From NCBI GenBank assembly GCA_001994995.1, contig MDJM01000084.1:171-64170 (forward strand): DNA of 64,000 bases, read 5' to 3'. The stretch comes from Candidatus Parepulonipiscium sp. PG-Nuni2H_MBin01. GTDB taxonomy: Bacteria > Bacillota > Clostridia > Lachnospirales > Cellulosilyticaceae. Below, one piece after another: positions 1-10,162 of this stretch. The translations under genes were made by a program, and so were the position numbers. Every line of letters starts with the position of its first letter. Position 1 is the stretch's first letter. A model generated the notes under the pieces. That model searched no databases, was not told the origin of the DNA, and worked only from the letters and a program-made list of their open reading frames with translations.

Positions 1-1422
1 GCTGCTTATGAACAACCGATACAACCTGCTGTTTCTGAACAACCTGCACAACCTGTTTATGAACAACCTACGCAACCTGCTGTTTATGAACAACCGATAC
101 AACCTGCTGTTTCTGAACAACCAGTACAACCTGCTGTTTCTGAACAACCAGTACAACCTATGCAACCTGCTGTTTCTGAACAACCTATACAGCAGGCAGA
201 ACCGCAATATGTTGAACAAGTTAAAGAAGTTGATGTAGAGCCATATAAGCCATCGAAACAATTGCAACCTGAGGAAACAGCAGAATTGCTTTACAGACAT
301 TTTATTGAACATGTGCCTTTAACTGAATCTTTACAGCAAGCTCCAAACAAAGCACAAGCTTCACCACAACAAGTGCAACAAGCACCAGTGCAGCAACAAG
401 TACAGCCAGTACAACAGCAAGCACCAGTGAGGCAGCCTGTACAGCAGCAAGCACCAGTACAACAGCCTGTACAGCAACAAGCTCCAGTGCAACAACCAGT
501 ACAACAGCAAGCTCCAGTACAACAAACTGTACAGCAACAAGCACCAGTGCAACAGCAACCAGTACAACAGCAACCAGTACAACAGCAACCAGTACAACAG
601 CAACCTCCAGTACAACAAACTGTACAGCAGCAAACACCAGTGAGGCAGCCTGTACAGCAGCAAGCACCAGTACAACAGCAACCAGTACAACAGCAAGCTC
701 CAGTACAACAACCAGTACAGCAGCAAGCACCAGTGAGGCAGCCTGTACAGCAACAAGCACCAGTGCAACAGCAACCAGTACAACAGCAAGCTCCAGTACA
801 ACAAACTGTACAGCAGCAAGCTCCAATGCAACAACAACCTGTACAGCAACAAGCTCCAGTGAGGCAGCCTGTACAGCAGCAAGCTCCAATGCAACAAGCA
901 CAGCCGGTACAACAGCAAGAACAATTTATGCAACAAGCTATAACTCAACAACAGCAAGAACCATCTATGCAACAAGCACAAAGGCCAACACAACAAAATA
1001 GAGCTACACAAGTTCAGCGACAAGTAAAACAAAATAATAGGCCGCAAACGCAAAAACAAGTTAGACAAAATAGAGTTGCCCCAAAACCTACTCAGCAAAC
1101 GGAGCCAATCTGGACAGTGGAACCTATAGTTGAACAACAACAAATAAGACAGCAACCAATAAGTGTAATGGAGCCGGAGCCACAAACAAGTGTAACACCT
1201 AGCCCAATAGAAGTTACAGTTAATAACCAAAAAGTGCTACTAGCAAACGAAATAGACCCTATGATTGTAAGAGTGTTCGACTTTATAGACTTTAACCTTA
1301 GCGAACGAGGCAAAGGAAAAGTATGTCTTAAACTAAATGGGCATGATGCAGAGTACACAGAGAAGCTACATCCAGGCGATAATATTGAAATTTACTGGAG
1401 CATGGATAGAGCAAATGCTTAA
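1..1422 (+). CDS. Gln/Pro-rich repeat protein with its 5' end outside the window. The C-terminal ~70 aa are globular with a ThiS/beta-grasp-like pattern.
   Basis: Frame 1 is open from base 1 (AAYEQPIQPAVSEQP...) and runs into the listed ORF 160..1422. It holds dozens of QQAPVQQPV-type units. C-terminus reads VTVNNQKV...LNGHDAEYTEKLHPGDNIEIYW; stop TAA at 1420-1422. Confidence 0.6.
   Translation, partial: AAYEQPIQPAVSEQPAQPVYEQPTQPAVYEQPIQPAVSEQPVQPAVSEQPVQPMQPAVSEQPIQQAEPQYVEQVKEVDVEPYKPSKQLQPEETAELLYRHFIEHVPLTESLQQAPNKAQASPQQVQQAPVQQQVQPVQQQAPVRQPVQQQAPVQQPVQQQAPVQQPVQQQAPVQQTVQQQAPVQQQPVQQQPVQQQPVQQQPPVQQTVQQQTPVRQPVQQQAPVQQQPVQQQAPVQQPVQQQAPVRQPVQQQAPVQQQPVQQQAPVQQTVQQQAPMQQQPVQQQAPVRQPVQQQAPMQQAQPVQQQEQFMQQAITQQQQEPSMQQAQRPTQQNRATQVQRQVKQNNRPQTQKQVRQNRVAPKPTQQTEPIWTVEPIVEQQQIRQQPISVMEPEPQTSVTPSPIEVTVNNQKVLLANEIDPMIVRVFDFIDFNLSERGKGKVCLKLNGHDAEYTEKLHPGDNIEIYWSMDRANA
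361..900 (+). repeat. Coding tandem repeat (27-30 nt units, CAACAAGCACCAGTRCAACAGCCTGTA-like) encoding QQAPVQQPV units
   Basis: Direct reading of the sequence. The periodic units also create long spurious antisense ORFs. Confidence 0.85.
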
Positions 1423-1485
1423 GCTAAAGGAAGGAGGTTGCAAGGGTTCCTTTTTTATATGTGAGGAGATTCTTGCTAATTTTAG

Positions 1486-2904
1486 ATGAAAATTTTTGAT
1501 TATTTTGAAACGATAAGCAGTATACCAAGAGGGTCTGGACATGAACAAGCTATTAGCGACTATATGGTGGACTTTGCAAAACAGTTAAACTTAGAAGTTA
1601 TACAAGACTCGGCAAATAATGTTTATATTTACAAACCTGGAACTAAAGGGTATGAGAATAGTAAACCTGTAATATTACAAGGCCACTTAGATATTGTGTG
1701 GGAAAAAGATAAAGATACCGATTTTAACTTTGAAACCCAAGGGCTTGAGCTATATAAGGATGGTGATTGGATAGCTGCAAAAGGTACTACATTAGGCGCT
1801 GATAATGGAGTGGCAATAGCTTATCAAATGGCAATATTAGCTGACAATACGTTAGAACACCCTCCTCTTGAAATCTTTATGACAACTGAAGAAGAAACTG
1901 GAATGGGCGGAGTTCGCAATATGCATGGTGAGTATCTTAAAGGTCGAACTTTAATAAATTTAGATACTGATTATGAAGGTGAATTTTTAGTAAGTTGTGC
2001 TGGTGGTGTAAGAGTTAGAATTAACATGGCATTATCAGCCGAACAAATCGGTACAACTGCTGCGTATAATATGAAAATTCATAATTTACGTGGTGGCCAC
2101 TCAGGTGCTGAAATTCATCATGAGCGTGCAAATGCTAATGTGATTATGGGGAGAGTTTTAAAAATCTTAAACTCTAAGCTAAGCATAGGTATTGCATGTG
2201 TAAATGGTGGCACTAAAGATAATGTTATTACACGCGAATGCGATGCAATTATTACAGTGGATGCAAATAAGGATAACGAGCTTAAACAACTTATAGCACA
2301 ATTAGACGCAATGTTAAAAAGTGAATATTCAGCACAAGACCCTGATATTACTATTGAATTAACGCCTACCACTACTAATACAATTATTAACCGTGAGTGT
2401 GTGAATAAAATGCTTAACTTAATAACTCTGCTACCAAATGGCGTTATTGGTATGAGTCATCATATTGAGAACTTAGTTGAAACTTCACTTAATATGGGTA
2501 TTGTGGATACTACTGATAAAAATCTGCATATTACTTTTGCTATTAGAAGTTCAGTAGAAACTAAAAAGCATGAAATGGTATCTAAGATTATGGATTTGTG
2601 TGAAATTATAGGAGCACATTGTGAAGCGGCAGAAGATTATCCTGCGTGGACTTATAAAGAACATTCTCCGCTAAGAGAAGTGGCTATAAAAGTATATGAA
2701 AAGATGTATGATAAAGAGCCAGTAATTATGGCTATACACGCTGGTCTTGAATGTGGATTTATATCACAAAAATTACCACAAGTGGATATTATATCATTGG
2801 GTCCTAATGTCAAAGATATTCATTCACCTCAGGAACGTGTTAGCATTAGTTCAATGACTAGAGTTTATGAATATTTATTAGAACTTTTAAAAGCTTTAAA
2901 TTAA
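1486..2904 (+). CDS. pepD: Aminoacyl-histidine (Xaa-His) dipeptidase, M20 family
   Basis: 472 aa. N-terminus MKIFDYFETISSIPRGSGHE, plus HLDIVWEK, LGADNGV and TTEEETGMGG metal-ligand motifs typical of PepD. Confidence 0.9.
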   Translation: MKIFDYFETISSIPRGSGHEQAISDYMVDFAKQLNLEVIQDSANNVYIYKPGTKGYENSKPVILQGHLDIVWEKDKDTDFNFETQGLELYKDGDWIAAKGTTLGADNGVAIAYQMAILADNTLEHPPLEIFMTTEEETGMGGVRNMHGEYLKGRTLINLDTDYEGEFLVSCAGGVRVRINMALSAEQIGTTAAYNMKIHNLRGGHSGAEIHHERANANVIMGRVLKILNSKLSIGIACVNGGTKDNVITRECDAIITVDANKDNELKQLIAQLDAMLKSEYSAQDPDITIELTPTTTNTIINRECVNKMLNLITLLPNGVIGMSHHIENLVETSLNMGIVDTTDKNLHITFAIRSSVETKKHEMVSKIMDLCEIIGAHCEAAEDYPAWTYKEHSPLREVAIKVYEKMYDKEPVIMAIHAGLECGFISQKLPQVDIISLGPNVKDIHSPQERVSISSMTRVYEYLLELLKALN

Positions 2905-2954
2905 GCAGTTTATACTTATAGAAAAATCATTTAAAACACATAAGAAGGTGGGAC

Positions 2955-4106
2955 ATGAAAATACAACGAACGAAATACTATACAATTTCACTTTATACAG
3001 TTGTGAGTGTGTTAATTATAGCACTCGCAATTGTATTAATGCTAAAGGTAGATGTGATTTTTAATGTAGTTTTAAATACAATCGGTTTCGTATATGGATT
3101 ATTTAAACCATTAGTAATTGGATTTATAATCGGGTTTTTAATAGACCCTATTGTAGATTTATATGCTTCTAAACTGTCTACAAAACGAGAAGATAGAACT
3201 AGAATGTTAGCCACTTTACTTTCAATCATCACTATAATCTGTTTAGTAGGATTATTTATACTAATGATTGCAATGAACATGCGTGATGTTATAAATCAAA
3301 CTGATATAAACGGTTTAGCCTCAACTATAAGCGCTTATATTAAATATTTTCAAGAGACACTAGATGGCATGGCAAGTAAGTTAAATATAGGTGGGGTATC
3401 AGATAAAATTTTGACTTGCATATATGCGACTATAGACAGTACAATAGAGAGGATTAGCGACTGGATAGTTGAATTTGTTGCTGCCACAGGAAGAAGTTTA
3501 ATGGATATTTTGTTTGGAGTAATTTTAGCCCTCTATTTAGTTAAAGATAAACCAAAGTTATTACTCATTTGGAACAATGTACTTACAATTATGCTTAACA
3601 ACAAAGTATATAAGGAGATTACTTCTATAGGTAGGGATGTAAACGTAGTGTTTACAGGCTACATCAGGGGGCAAATGTTAGATGCATTAATTATGACAAT
3701 ATTAACTAGTGTGGGATTAACTATAATAGGGCTAGACTTTGCTATAATCATCGGCCTTGTTACTGGTATATTTAATCTAATTCCGTACTTTGGCCCTATA
3801 GTGGGGTTAGTACTTGCAGGGATTATAGGTGGAGTTGGTGATGCTCCTCAAAAAGGGTTATATGCTATATTAGTTGTGCTGACATTACAACAGTTAGATG
3901 CGTGGATAATTGTACCTAAAATTATGAGTGATAATGTACAACTTCATCCTATAGCAGTTTTATTAGCGATACTTGTAGGCGGTGAGTTATTTGGATTAGT
4001 TGGGATGTTAGCTGGAGTACCTATGGTTGCATTGATGAAGCTAATAATTGTTAGGTATTTAGGAGACATTTTTAATGAAGAGTATATAAAAAAACACCCT
4101 TTTTAA
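2955..4106 (+). CDS. AI-2E (PerM/UPF0118) family transporter
   Basis: 383 aa multi-TM protein with the NLIPYFGPIVG motif. RBS GAAGGTGG precedes the ATG. Confidence 0.85.
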   Translation: MKIQRTKYYTISLYTVVSVLIIALAIVLMLKVDVIFNVVLNTIGFVYGLFKPLVIGFIIGFLIDPIVDLYASKLSTKREDRTRMLATLLSIITIICLVGLFILMIAMNMRDVINQTDINGLASTISAYIKYFQETLDGMASKLNIGGVSDKILTCIYATIDSTIERISDWIVEFVAATGRSLMDILFGVILALYLVKDKPKLLLIWNNVLTIMLNNKVYKEITSIGRDVNVVFTGYIRGQMLDALIMTILTSVGLTIIGLDFAIIIGLVTGIFNLIPYFGPIVGLVLAGIIGGVGDAPQKGLYAILVVLTLQQLDAWIIVPKIMSDNVQLHPIAVLLAILVGGELFGLVGMLAGVPMVALMKLIIVRYLGDIFNEEYIKKHPF

Positions 4107-4113
4107 GGGTGCC

Positions 4114-5340
4114 TCACACTAAGTTCACTTGATGATAAACTTTTTTACCTTTCTGTATCATAAGCGCATTATCTTTAAATAAATCTTTAGTAATTTCAAA
4201 AGTAATATCTGAAACAACCTCTCCATCCACTTTAATACCTTTTTGAGTAATTAAGCGGCGTGCTTCACCCCTTGAAGGCGCAAGAGCAGTTTTATCCACT
4301 AATAAAGATATAATATCAATACCTAAAGCAATATCTTCAGCACAAATGTCAGTAGTAGGCAAAGAACCTTGTGCTCCAGCTCCAGAGAACGCTGCTTTAG
4401 CTGCCTCTTGAGCTTTTGTTGCTTCATCTTCCCCATGAACTATTTTAGTTACTTCAAATGCCAAAATTTCTTTTGCCTCATTTATTTTAGCGCCTTCTAA
4501 ATTAGATAGGCGATTAACCTCATCCATAGGAATAAACGTAAGAAGAGATAAACAAATTTTTACATCTGGGTCTGCAACGTTACGCCAGTATTGGTAAAAT
4601 TCATAAGGACTAGTCTTATCTGCATCTAACCAAACTGCACCATTAACAGTCTTACCCATTTTTTGACCCTCACTAGTTGTAAGTAAAGTAAAAGTCATAC
4701 CAAAAGCAGTGTCACCATGAAGCCTGCGTACAAGTTCAACGCCACCTAAAATATTAGACCATTGGTCATTACCGCCAAGTTGGAGCTTACAATTAAACAA
4801 CCTGTATAGTTCTAGGAAATCATACGACTGCATAATCATATAATTGAACTCTAAAAAGGATAGCCCGCGTTCAAGCCGTTGCTTGAAACATTCAAAAGAG
4901 AGCATACGATTAACAGAAAAATGAACGCCTACTTCTCTTAATAATTCCACATAATTAAGCTTAAGTAGCCAATCTGCATTATTAGCAATAATAGCTTTAT
5001 CATCATCAAAATCAATAAAACGCTTAAACTGCTCTTTAAAGCGACTAATGTTATGCTCAATAGTCTCAACTGTTAACATCTGACGCATATCAGTTTTACC
5101 GCTAGGGTCACCTACCATCCCAGTTCCCCCGCCCATAAGAGCGATGGGAATATGCCCTGCAAGCTGCATATGACGCATAGCCATAATAGTTACAAAGTGT
5201 CCAACATGTAAACTGTCAGCAGTTGGGTCAAAACCAATGTAGAAAGTAACTTTTTCCTTGCCTAAAAGTTCTTTTAACTCCTCTTCATGAGTTACTTGCT
5301 GAATGAAACCACGTTCCATTAGCGTATCAAATACATTCAT
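4114..5340 (-). CDS. tyrS: Tyrosine--tRNA ligase
   Basis: HVGH (HIGH) and KMGKT (KMSKS) motifs with an S4-like C-terminus. I moved the start to the ATG at 5340 ([12 protein letters not shown]) because GGGAGG lies 7 nt upstream. The listed ORF start at 5397 has no RBS. Confidence 0.93.
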   Translation of the reverse strand: MNVFDTLMERGFIQQVTHEEELKELLGKEKVTFYIGFDPTADSLHVGHFVTIMAMRHMQLAGHIPIALMGGGTGMVGDPSGKTDMRQMLTVETIEHNISRFKEQFKRFIDFDDDKAIIANNADWLLKLNYVELLREVGVHFSVNRMLSFECFKQRLERGLSFLEFNYMIMQSYDFLELYRLFNCKLQLGGNDQWSNILGGVELVRRLHGDTAFGMTFTLLTTSEGQKMGKTVNGAVWLDADKTSPYEFYQYWRNVADPDVKICLSLLTFIPMDEVNRLSNLEGAKINEAKEILAFEVTKIVHGEDEATKAQEAAKAAFSGAGAQGSLPTTDICAEDIALGIDIISLLVDKTALAPSRGEARRLITQKGIKVDGEVVSDITFEITKDLFKDNALMIQKGKKVYHQVNLV

Positions 5341-5418
5341 AAAATTCCTCCCGAAAATTGATTGAGTTATGATACCATATGTAGGGAATTTTTTCAAGGT
5401 AGAAGTTAGAGTTTAATA

Positions 5419-5448
5419 CTTATACATACAAGTTGCTAAAATTGTCAA
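5419..5448 (-). promoter_or_regulatory. Sigma-A-like promoter for tyrS: TTGACA, 18-nt spacer, TATAAG
   Basis: Minus strand reads TTGACA (5448-5443), an 18-nt spacer, then TATAAG (5424-5419). The leader to the ATG is about 70 nt. Confidence 0.45.
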
Positions 5449-5620
5449 CTTTTGTATTGATTAATCATACTGTTTAACGGATATAATATGTAGTAACTAA
5501 GCAATGCTACAGAGAAAAATTTTGGTATAGTCTTACACATTTTAGGGATATAATAAACTTAAATAGAACCAAAAAAATTGTTACATGAGTATTAACTTAT
5601 GTTATAAAGGAGATTAAACT

Positions 5621-7735
5621 ATGGAAATTATTAAACATGCTCAGCCCCTACTAGGAGGTACTTGTGACCAGGAAGGTGTTACATTTGGTATATACGCAAG
5701 TGAATTGCAAACTATCAAACTTGAAATTTATAATAACATAAATAGTGACCCAATTTTTACTTATACACTCCAACGTGAAGAAGATTCACAAGGCGATTTC
5801 TTCTATATAAAAGTAAGCGATATAACCGAAGGTGTATATTACACTTGGAGTGTCATTGTAGAAGGTAAGGAGCACTTTTTAATTGACCCCTATGCTTATG
5901 ACGTAGTAAAAGATGATAACGGGAAATTTTTTAATAAAGTAGTAAAACTCTCAAGTAATCCTACTAAAAGGGTACATATACCTTGGGAGGAAACTATAAT
6001 CTATGAAGTGCATGTTGGCCACTTTACTAATCATGAGACAGCGCAGGTAGAAGCTAGGGGAACTTTTGAAGGGATGATAGAAAAGCTTGATTATCTAAAA
6101 GACCTTGGTATTACTACTATTGAATTATTACCAATCTTTTTGTGGAATAGAAATACATTAATTAATCGTCATCCTAAAACTAATGAGCTATTAACTGATA
6201 TATGGGGGTATAACTCAATTAGTTTCTTTGCCCTAGACCCTGTATATATGACTAGTCAAGCAGATTTACGTGAAACGTTTAAGAAGTTTGTACGTGAAGT
6301 ACATGACCGTGGTATGGAAGTTGTACTTGATGTTGTTTATAACCATACTGGAGAAGGTGGAGATGGAGGTCCTATATTTAACTTTAAAGCTTTAAATAGG
6401 CATGGCTACTATCGCCACTACTATCAATACTATGCAAACTGCTCAGGTACAGGGAATACTCTTAATACTTCTCATTATTTAGTACAAGAGATGACGCTTA
6501 CAAGCCTTAGATATTGGGTTGTGGAAATGGGAGTAGACGGTTTTAGATTTGACCTAGCTTCAATTTTAGGACAAAATGAAGATGGCAACTGGAGTCATGA
6601 GTCTTTAATTAAAAAAATCACCGAAGACCCGATTTTATCTAAAGTTAAACTTATTAGTGAAAGTTGGGATGCAAAAGGTAGATATGATGTTGGTAAAATG
6701 CCTTATCCGTTCCATGAATGGAGCGATATATTTAGAGATTGTATTAGACCGTTTGTTAAAGGGGATAAAGGGCTAATAAACATGGTGGCAACGTGTATAG
6801 TGGGTAAAGAAATTTCAGCGCAAAATAACTATTCAACGTGTTTACCTGTTCACTACATTACAGCTCATGATGGATTTACGCTATGGGATTTAGTAAGCTA
6901 TAACGAAAAGCATAACTGGGATAATGGTGAGAAAAACCGTGATGGTTCTAATAATAACTATAGCTGGAATAGTGGATACGAAGGGGAAACTAATGACCCT
7001 TACATTTTTAACCTCAGAATTAGAAGGGTTAAGACGTTTTTAGGATTGCTATTTTTAAGTAAAGGTATACCAATGCTTGTTATGGGTGATGAGGGAGCAA
7101 GAACTCAAAATGGTAATAACAATGCCTTTTGTCAAGATAATGACTTAGTGTGGCTTAACTGGGATAGATTAGGTGAATTTGAAGATATTGCAGATTTTAT
7201 AAAAAAAGCAGTTGCACTTAGGAAAAGCGTTCATTGGTACCAAATTAAATCTGATGACAGCTTAAGCTGGCATGGAACTCGTATTAATGACCCTGACTGG
7301 AGTTATTTTTCTCGTAGTATAGCATGGTCAATTGACGAAGGGAATAGACAAATTTACTTTGTAGTTAACAACTATAGCCAGTCGCTTAGCTTTGATTTAC
7401 CAAATCCTAGACATGGATGGAGATTGTATCTGGATAGTGCTAGTAGAACCCATGATAAATCTATTCCTGTTCAAAATAATAAGTATTTAGTTGGAGAGTT
7501 TAGCTTCTGTGTATTAGTGGATGAAGAAGGAAATCAGATGGATAGATTACCTAAAGGTATCGACCCTACAGCGCTAGAAGCTGCTATCTCTAAAACCATT
7601 GAGACTATACCTTCAAAAGAGGAGTTTGAAAATACTTCGATAGGTACAGCAACTATTGAAGAACCTGCTCCTAATAATAATCTAGATATTAAGACTTTCA
7701 AATCACTGAATGAAAAAATTCTTAAAGATATTTAA
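5621..7735 (+). CDS. glgX: Glycogen debranching enzyme / isoamylase-type GH13 (GlgX-like) with an extra ~80 aa C-terminal tail
   Basis: GH13 conserved regions VVLDVVYNHT, GVDGFRFDLAS, SESWD and YITAHDGFTL, with an N-terminal CBM48-like beta domain. RBS AAAGGAG. Confidence 0.85.
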   Translation: MEIIKHAQPLLGGTCDQEGVTFGIYASELQTIKLEIYNNINSDPIFTYTLQREEDSQGDFFYIKVSDITEGVYYTWSVIVEGKEHFLIDPYAYDVVKDDNGKFFNKVVKLSSNPTKRVHIPWEETIIYEVHVGHFTNHETAQVEARGTFEGMIEKLDYLKDLGITTIELLPIFLWNRNTLINRHPKTNELLTDIWGYNSISFFALDPVYMTSQADLRETFKKFVREVHDRGMEVVLDVVYNHTGEGGDGGPIFNFKALNRHGYYRHYYQYYANCSGTGNTLNTSHYLVQEMTLTSLRYWVVEMGVDGFRFDLASILGQNEDGNWSHESLIKKITEDPILSKVKLISESWDAKGRYDVGKMPYPFHEWSDIFRDCIRPFVKGDKGLINMVATCIVGKEISAQNNYSTCLPVHYITAHDGFTLWDLVSYNEKHNWDNGEKNRDGSNNNYSWNSGYEGETNDPYIFNLRIRRVKTFLGLLFLSKGIPMLVMGDEGARTQNGNNNAFCQDNDLVWLNWDRLGEFEDIADFIKKAVALRKSVHWYQIKSDDSLSWHGTRINDPDWSYFSRSIAWSIDEGNRQIYFVVNNYSQSLSFDLPNPRHGWRLYLDSASRTHDKSIPVQNNKYLVGEFSFCVLVDEEGNQMDRLPKGIDPTALEAAISKTIETIPSKEEFENTSIGTATIEEPAPNNNLDIKTFKSLNEKILKDI

Positions 7736-7750
7736 AAACTAACCTAAAAA

Positions 7751-7789
7751 AGGGCTACTGCATTTAACTTAAAGCAGTAGCCCTTCTTT
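7751..7789. terminator. Bidirectional rho-independent terminator between convergent genes
   Basis: AGGGCTACTGC (7751-7761) pairs with GCAGTAGCCCT (7774-7784). An A-run lies before it and a T-run after. Confidence 0.85.
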
Positions 7790-8743
7790 TTAGTTGTAAT
7801 AAGCGCCAAACAATTCAGTATAAAATTGAGTATATGCATCTTCAATACTAATAATAACCTTATCTTCAGCAGGAACAAGCTCCTCTAGCTCTACATTTGT
7901 TTGATTTATATCTACACTAACATCTACCGATACCTCATCGCTTAACATGGTCAAGTAATATTGAGTTTCTAGAGTATCATCCACAAATGTAGAAATTTGA
8001 TTAAAATTAACCTCATTAAAGTCGTTAATAGTTTGTGCTAAGTCGTAAACCATAGCAGTTACTTCATCTACCTCACCTTGACTTAATGTTGAAGTATCAA
8101 AGAATAAACCAGATAAATCACCACTCATCATATCAGCCAAATCATTATACATATCTACAACTTCATCTTTACTTAAATCCATATAGTACGTTTGACCATT
8201 ATCATCAGTTAAAAACTCCATGCCTAATTGGTCCGCAATATCTTTCATTATAGAAGGGTCTGTTGCCGTAGACTCTATGTCCATGTTAAAGTCAATATAT
8301 TGACCAATATTTATATAATCAGCCGAAAAATCTAATGGTAACATAAGAGAGAAAGTATCTACGTCTACTAAAATACCTACGTCTGGTATACTATACATAG
8401 TAACATCAATCGTATCAGGCATCATACCAGCCGGTAATTCTAACACTTCCATAAGCTGTGTTAATGGGATATTCATTTCCATTTTACAAGTTGAAGAATC
8501 GGCATCAAATTGTATATCAAATCCAATTTCTAGAGGTAAATGCATATCCTCAGCTTCTATATCCATTTTAAACGTATACTGCATAGCTAAATCTTTTGAG
8601 TCAAATATCTCATCAAATTTTTCCCAATATGTAGGTGTAACTTCTACAATTTCTTCTGCTATTTCTGATGTAACAGGCGTATCATCACTACAACCCATTA
8701 ACATTAACCCTACGCATATAGGTAACAAATATAATTTTTTCAT
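7790..8743 (-). CDS. Acidic lipoprotein, function unknown
   Basis: Signal peptide with lipobox: MKKLYLLPICVGLMLMGC. The mature part is very D/E-rich. Confidence 0.65.
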   Translation of the reverse strand: MKKLYLLPICVGLMLMGCSDDTPVTSEIAEEIVEVTPTYWEKFDEIFDSKDLAMQYTFKMDIEAEDMHLPLEIGFDIQFDADSSTCKMEMNIPLTQLMEVLELPAGMMPDTIDVTMYSIPDVGILVDVDTFSLMLPLDFSADYINIGQYIDFNMDIESTATDPSIMKDIADQLGMEFLTDDNGQTYYMDLSKDEVVDMYNDLADMMSGDLSGLFFDTSTLSQGEVDEVTAMVYDLAQTINDFNEVNFNQISTFVDDTLETQYYLTMLSDEVSVDVSVDINQTNVELEELVPAEDKVIISIEDAYTQFYTELFGAYYN

Positions 8744-8835
8744 TTAAAAACTCCTTTAATTCGGTACTGTTAAGTTAACGTATAAAAACCTATTTGAAGC
8801 TTATTATAGAACAATCGGTACTTAAGTAGCCAAAA

Positions 8836-8866
8836 GGCTCCAGGGGCAAATTCCCTGGAACCTTCA
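8836..8866 (+). repeat. Partial copy (5' hairpin module only) of the intergenic repeat family
   Basis: CCAGGGGCAAATTCCCTGGAACCTTCAGA resembles CACAGGGGCAAATCCCCAAACCTCGGAGA at 45887-45915. On the minus strand it could also act as a terminator hairpin for the SLH gene. Confidence 0.3.
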
Positions 8867-8966
8867 GATTCATATCATGTTAACAGTTCCTTTATTTTGT
8901 GTAGTTAGTATAACTCCTAATATATATATAGTCAATATGTTGCTAAAAAAATTAACAATTATTTAA

Positions 8967-9929
8967 TTATTGTAAGTTAATAAAACGTGTCATAACTGCT
9001 GCCATCTCGGCTCTAGTTGCAGTACCTTTTGGATCTAAGTTATTTTGATCTTTTCCACCTAAAATGCCTGCTCCAATTGCCCATTCTACCGCTGGAGTAG
9101 CCCAAGAAGCAACCTTGTCCGAATCGCTAAAGTTACTTAAAGAACCTTTAATGCTAACATCTAACCCAGATTGAACAGAGTAATTATACATAATAGTAGC
9201 AAGCTGCTCACGAGTTACATCATCATTTGGACGGAAAGTTCCATCTTCAAATCCACCATAAATATCCGCTCCAACTGCCCAGTTAATAGAATTTGTATAC
9301 CAAACATTATCTACTACATCAGCAAATTTATTTGTAGCAGTAGCAATAGGTTCTCCATCTAAACGGTTTAAAATAGTTGCTAGTTGCGCTCTAGTAACAT
9401 TTTCATTTGGTGCCCAATTAGTTTCAGATACTCCAGTCATAAGTCCTAATTCACTTACGTTTACTACGTCCCAATAGTACCATGATGATTGCTTAATATC
9501 ATTAAAATTATCTGCTTTAAGAACTTTATTTTCCGCAGAATCTTGAGGAACAAGTTCTTCTACCTCTACAGTTTCTACTTTAGAGGTCTCAGTTTCTTGC
9601 GTTACTTCTTCTAAACTTTCTATATCTTCTATAGCTTCGGTATCTTCAATAGCGTTATTTTGGCTAGCTGTAGAGTTTGGACTAAATCCTTCAAAATACG
9701 CTGAATCCCATACATAAGACCCACCAGTAGTAGTTCCAGACGATGGTGTAGTAATTGAAGGTGGTGTTGTAATTGCTGCACCTGTAGTAGTTACTGCTGT
9801 TGATGCTATGTATTTTGTCTCGTTATATGTAGTGTTGTTCTCTGTCGCGCTTACAAAAGTTAATCCTGCAAACTGACTTCCTATCAATACGCCCGCCATA
9901 ACAAGGCTTGTTCTCTTTGAAATTTTCAT
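8967..9929 (-). CDS. SLH-domain cell-surface protein
   Basis: Three C-terminal SLH repeats (e.g. FNDIKQSSWYYWDVVNVSELGLMTG, VTRAQLATILNRL, VTREQLATIMYN). Signal peptide MKISKRTSLVMAGVLIGSQFAGLTFVSA. The start at 9929 follows AAAGGAGAC. Confidence 0.8.
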   Translation of the reverse strand: MKISKRTSLVMAGVLIGSQFAGLTFVSATENNTTYNETKYIASTAVTTTGAAITTPPSITTPSSGTTTGGSYVWDSAYFEGFSPNSTASQNNAIEDTEAIEDIESLEEVTQETETSKVETVEVEELVPQDSAENKVLKADNFNDIKQSSWYYWDVVNVSELGLMTGVSETNWAPNENVTRAQLATILNRLDGEPIATATNKFADVVDNVWYTNSINWAVGADIYGGFEDGTFRPNDDVTREQLATIMYNYSVQSGLDVSIKGSLSNFSDSDKVASWATPAVEWAIGAGILGGKDQNNLDPKGTATRAEMAAVMTRFINLQ

Positions 9930-10162
9930 CTTTAATGTCTCCTTTTGTATCATTTTAAATTGTGTAAGAAATTAATTGTATAAAAGCTGCTTGATTAATT
10001 ACAGCTATAAACTATAATATCATAAATATATACATTTTGCAACCTTTTTTTAATAAATATATTATATTTTTTTAAGATTAATGCCATTTAATGTAATAAC
10101 AAATGAAAGACAGGGCCTCTAAATTAGAAACCCTCGTTGACAAATAACTATTTGCCATATTG

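Noticed and set aside
302-1230. Long minus-strand ORFs (302..901, 361..1230) opposite the Gln/Pro repeat gene
   Set aside because: Their products are monotonous Leu/Val/Ala or Leu/Tyr/Trp strings created by reading the periodic CAA/CAG/CCA repeats in reverse. They have no RBS. They are shadow ORFs.
8760-8966. A fourth full copy of the intergenic repeat, because GTTAAGTTAAC (8769-8779) and a CAGGGGCAAAT hairpin both occur here
   Set aside because: The two pieces are in the wrong order and spacing relative to copies A-C, and the 55-nt core is absent. I kept only the hairpin module as a low-confidence partial copy. It may simply be the SLH gene terminator.
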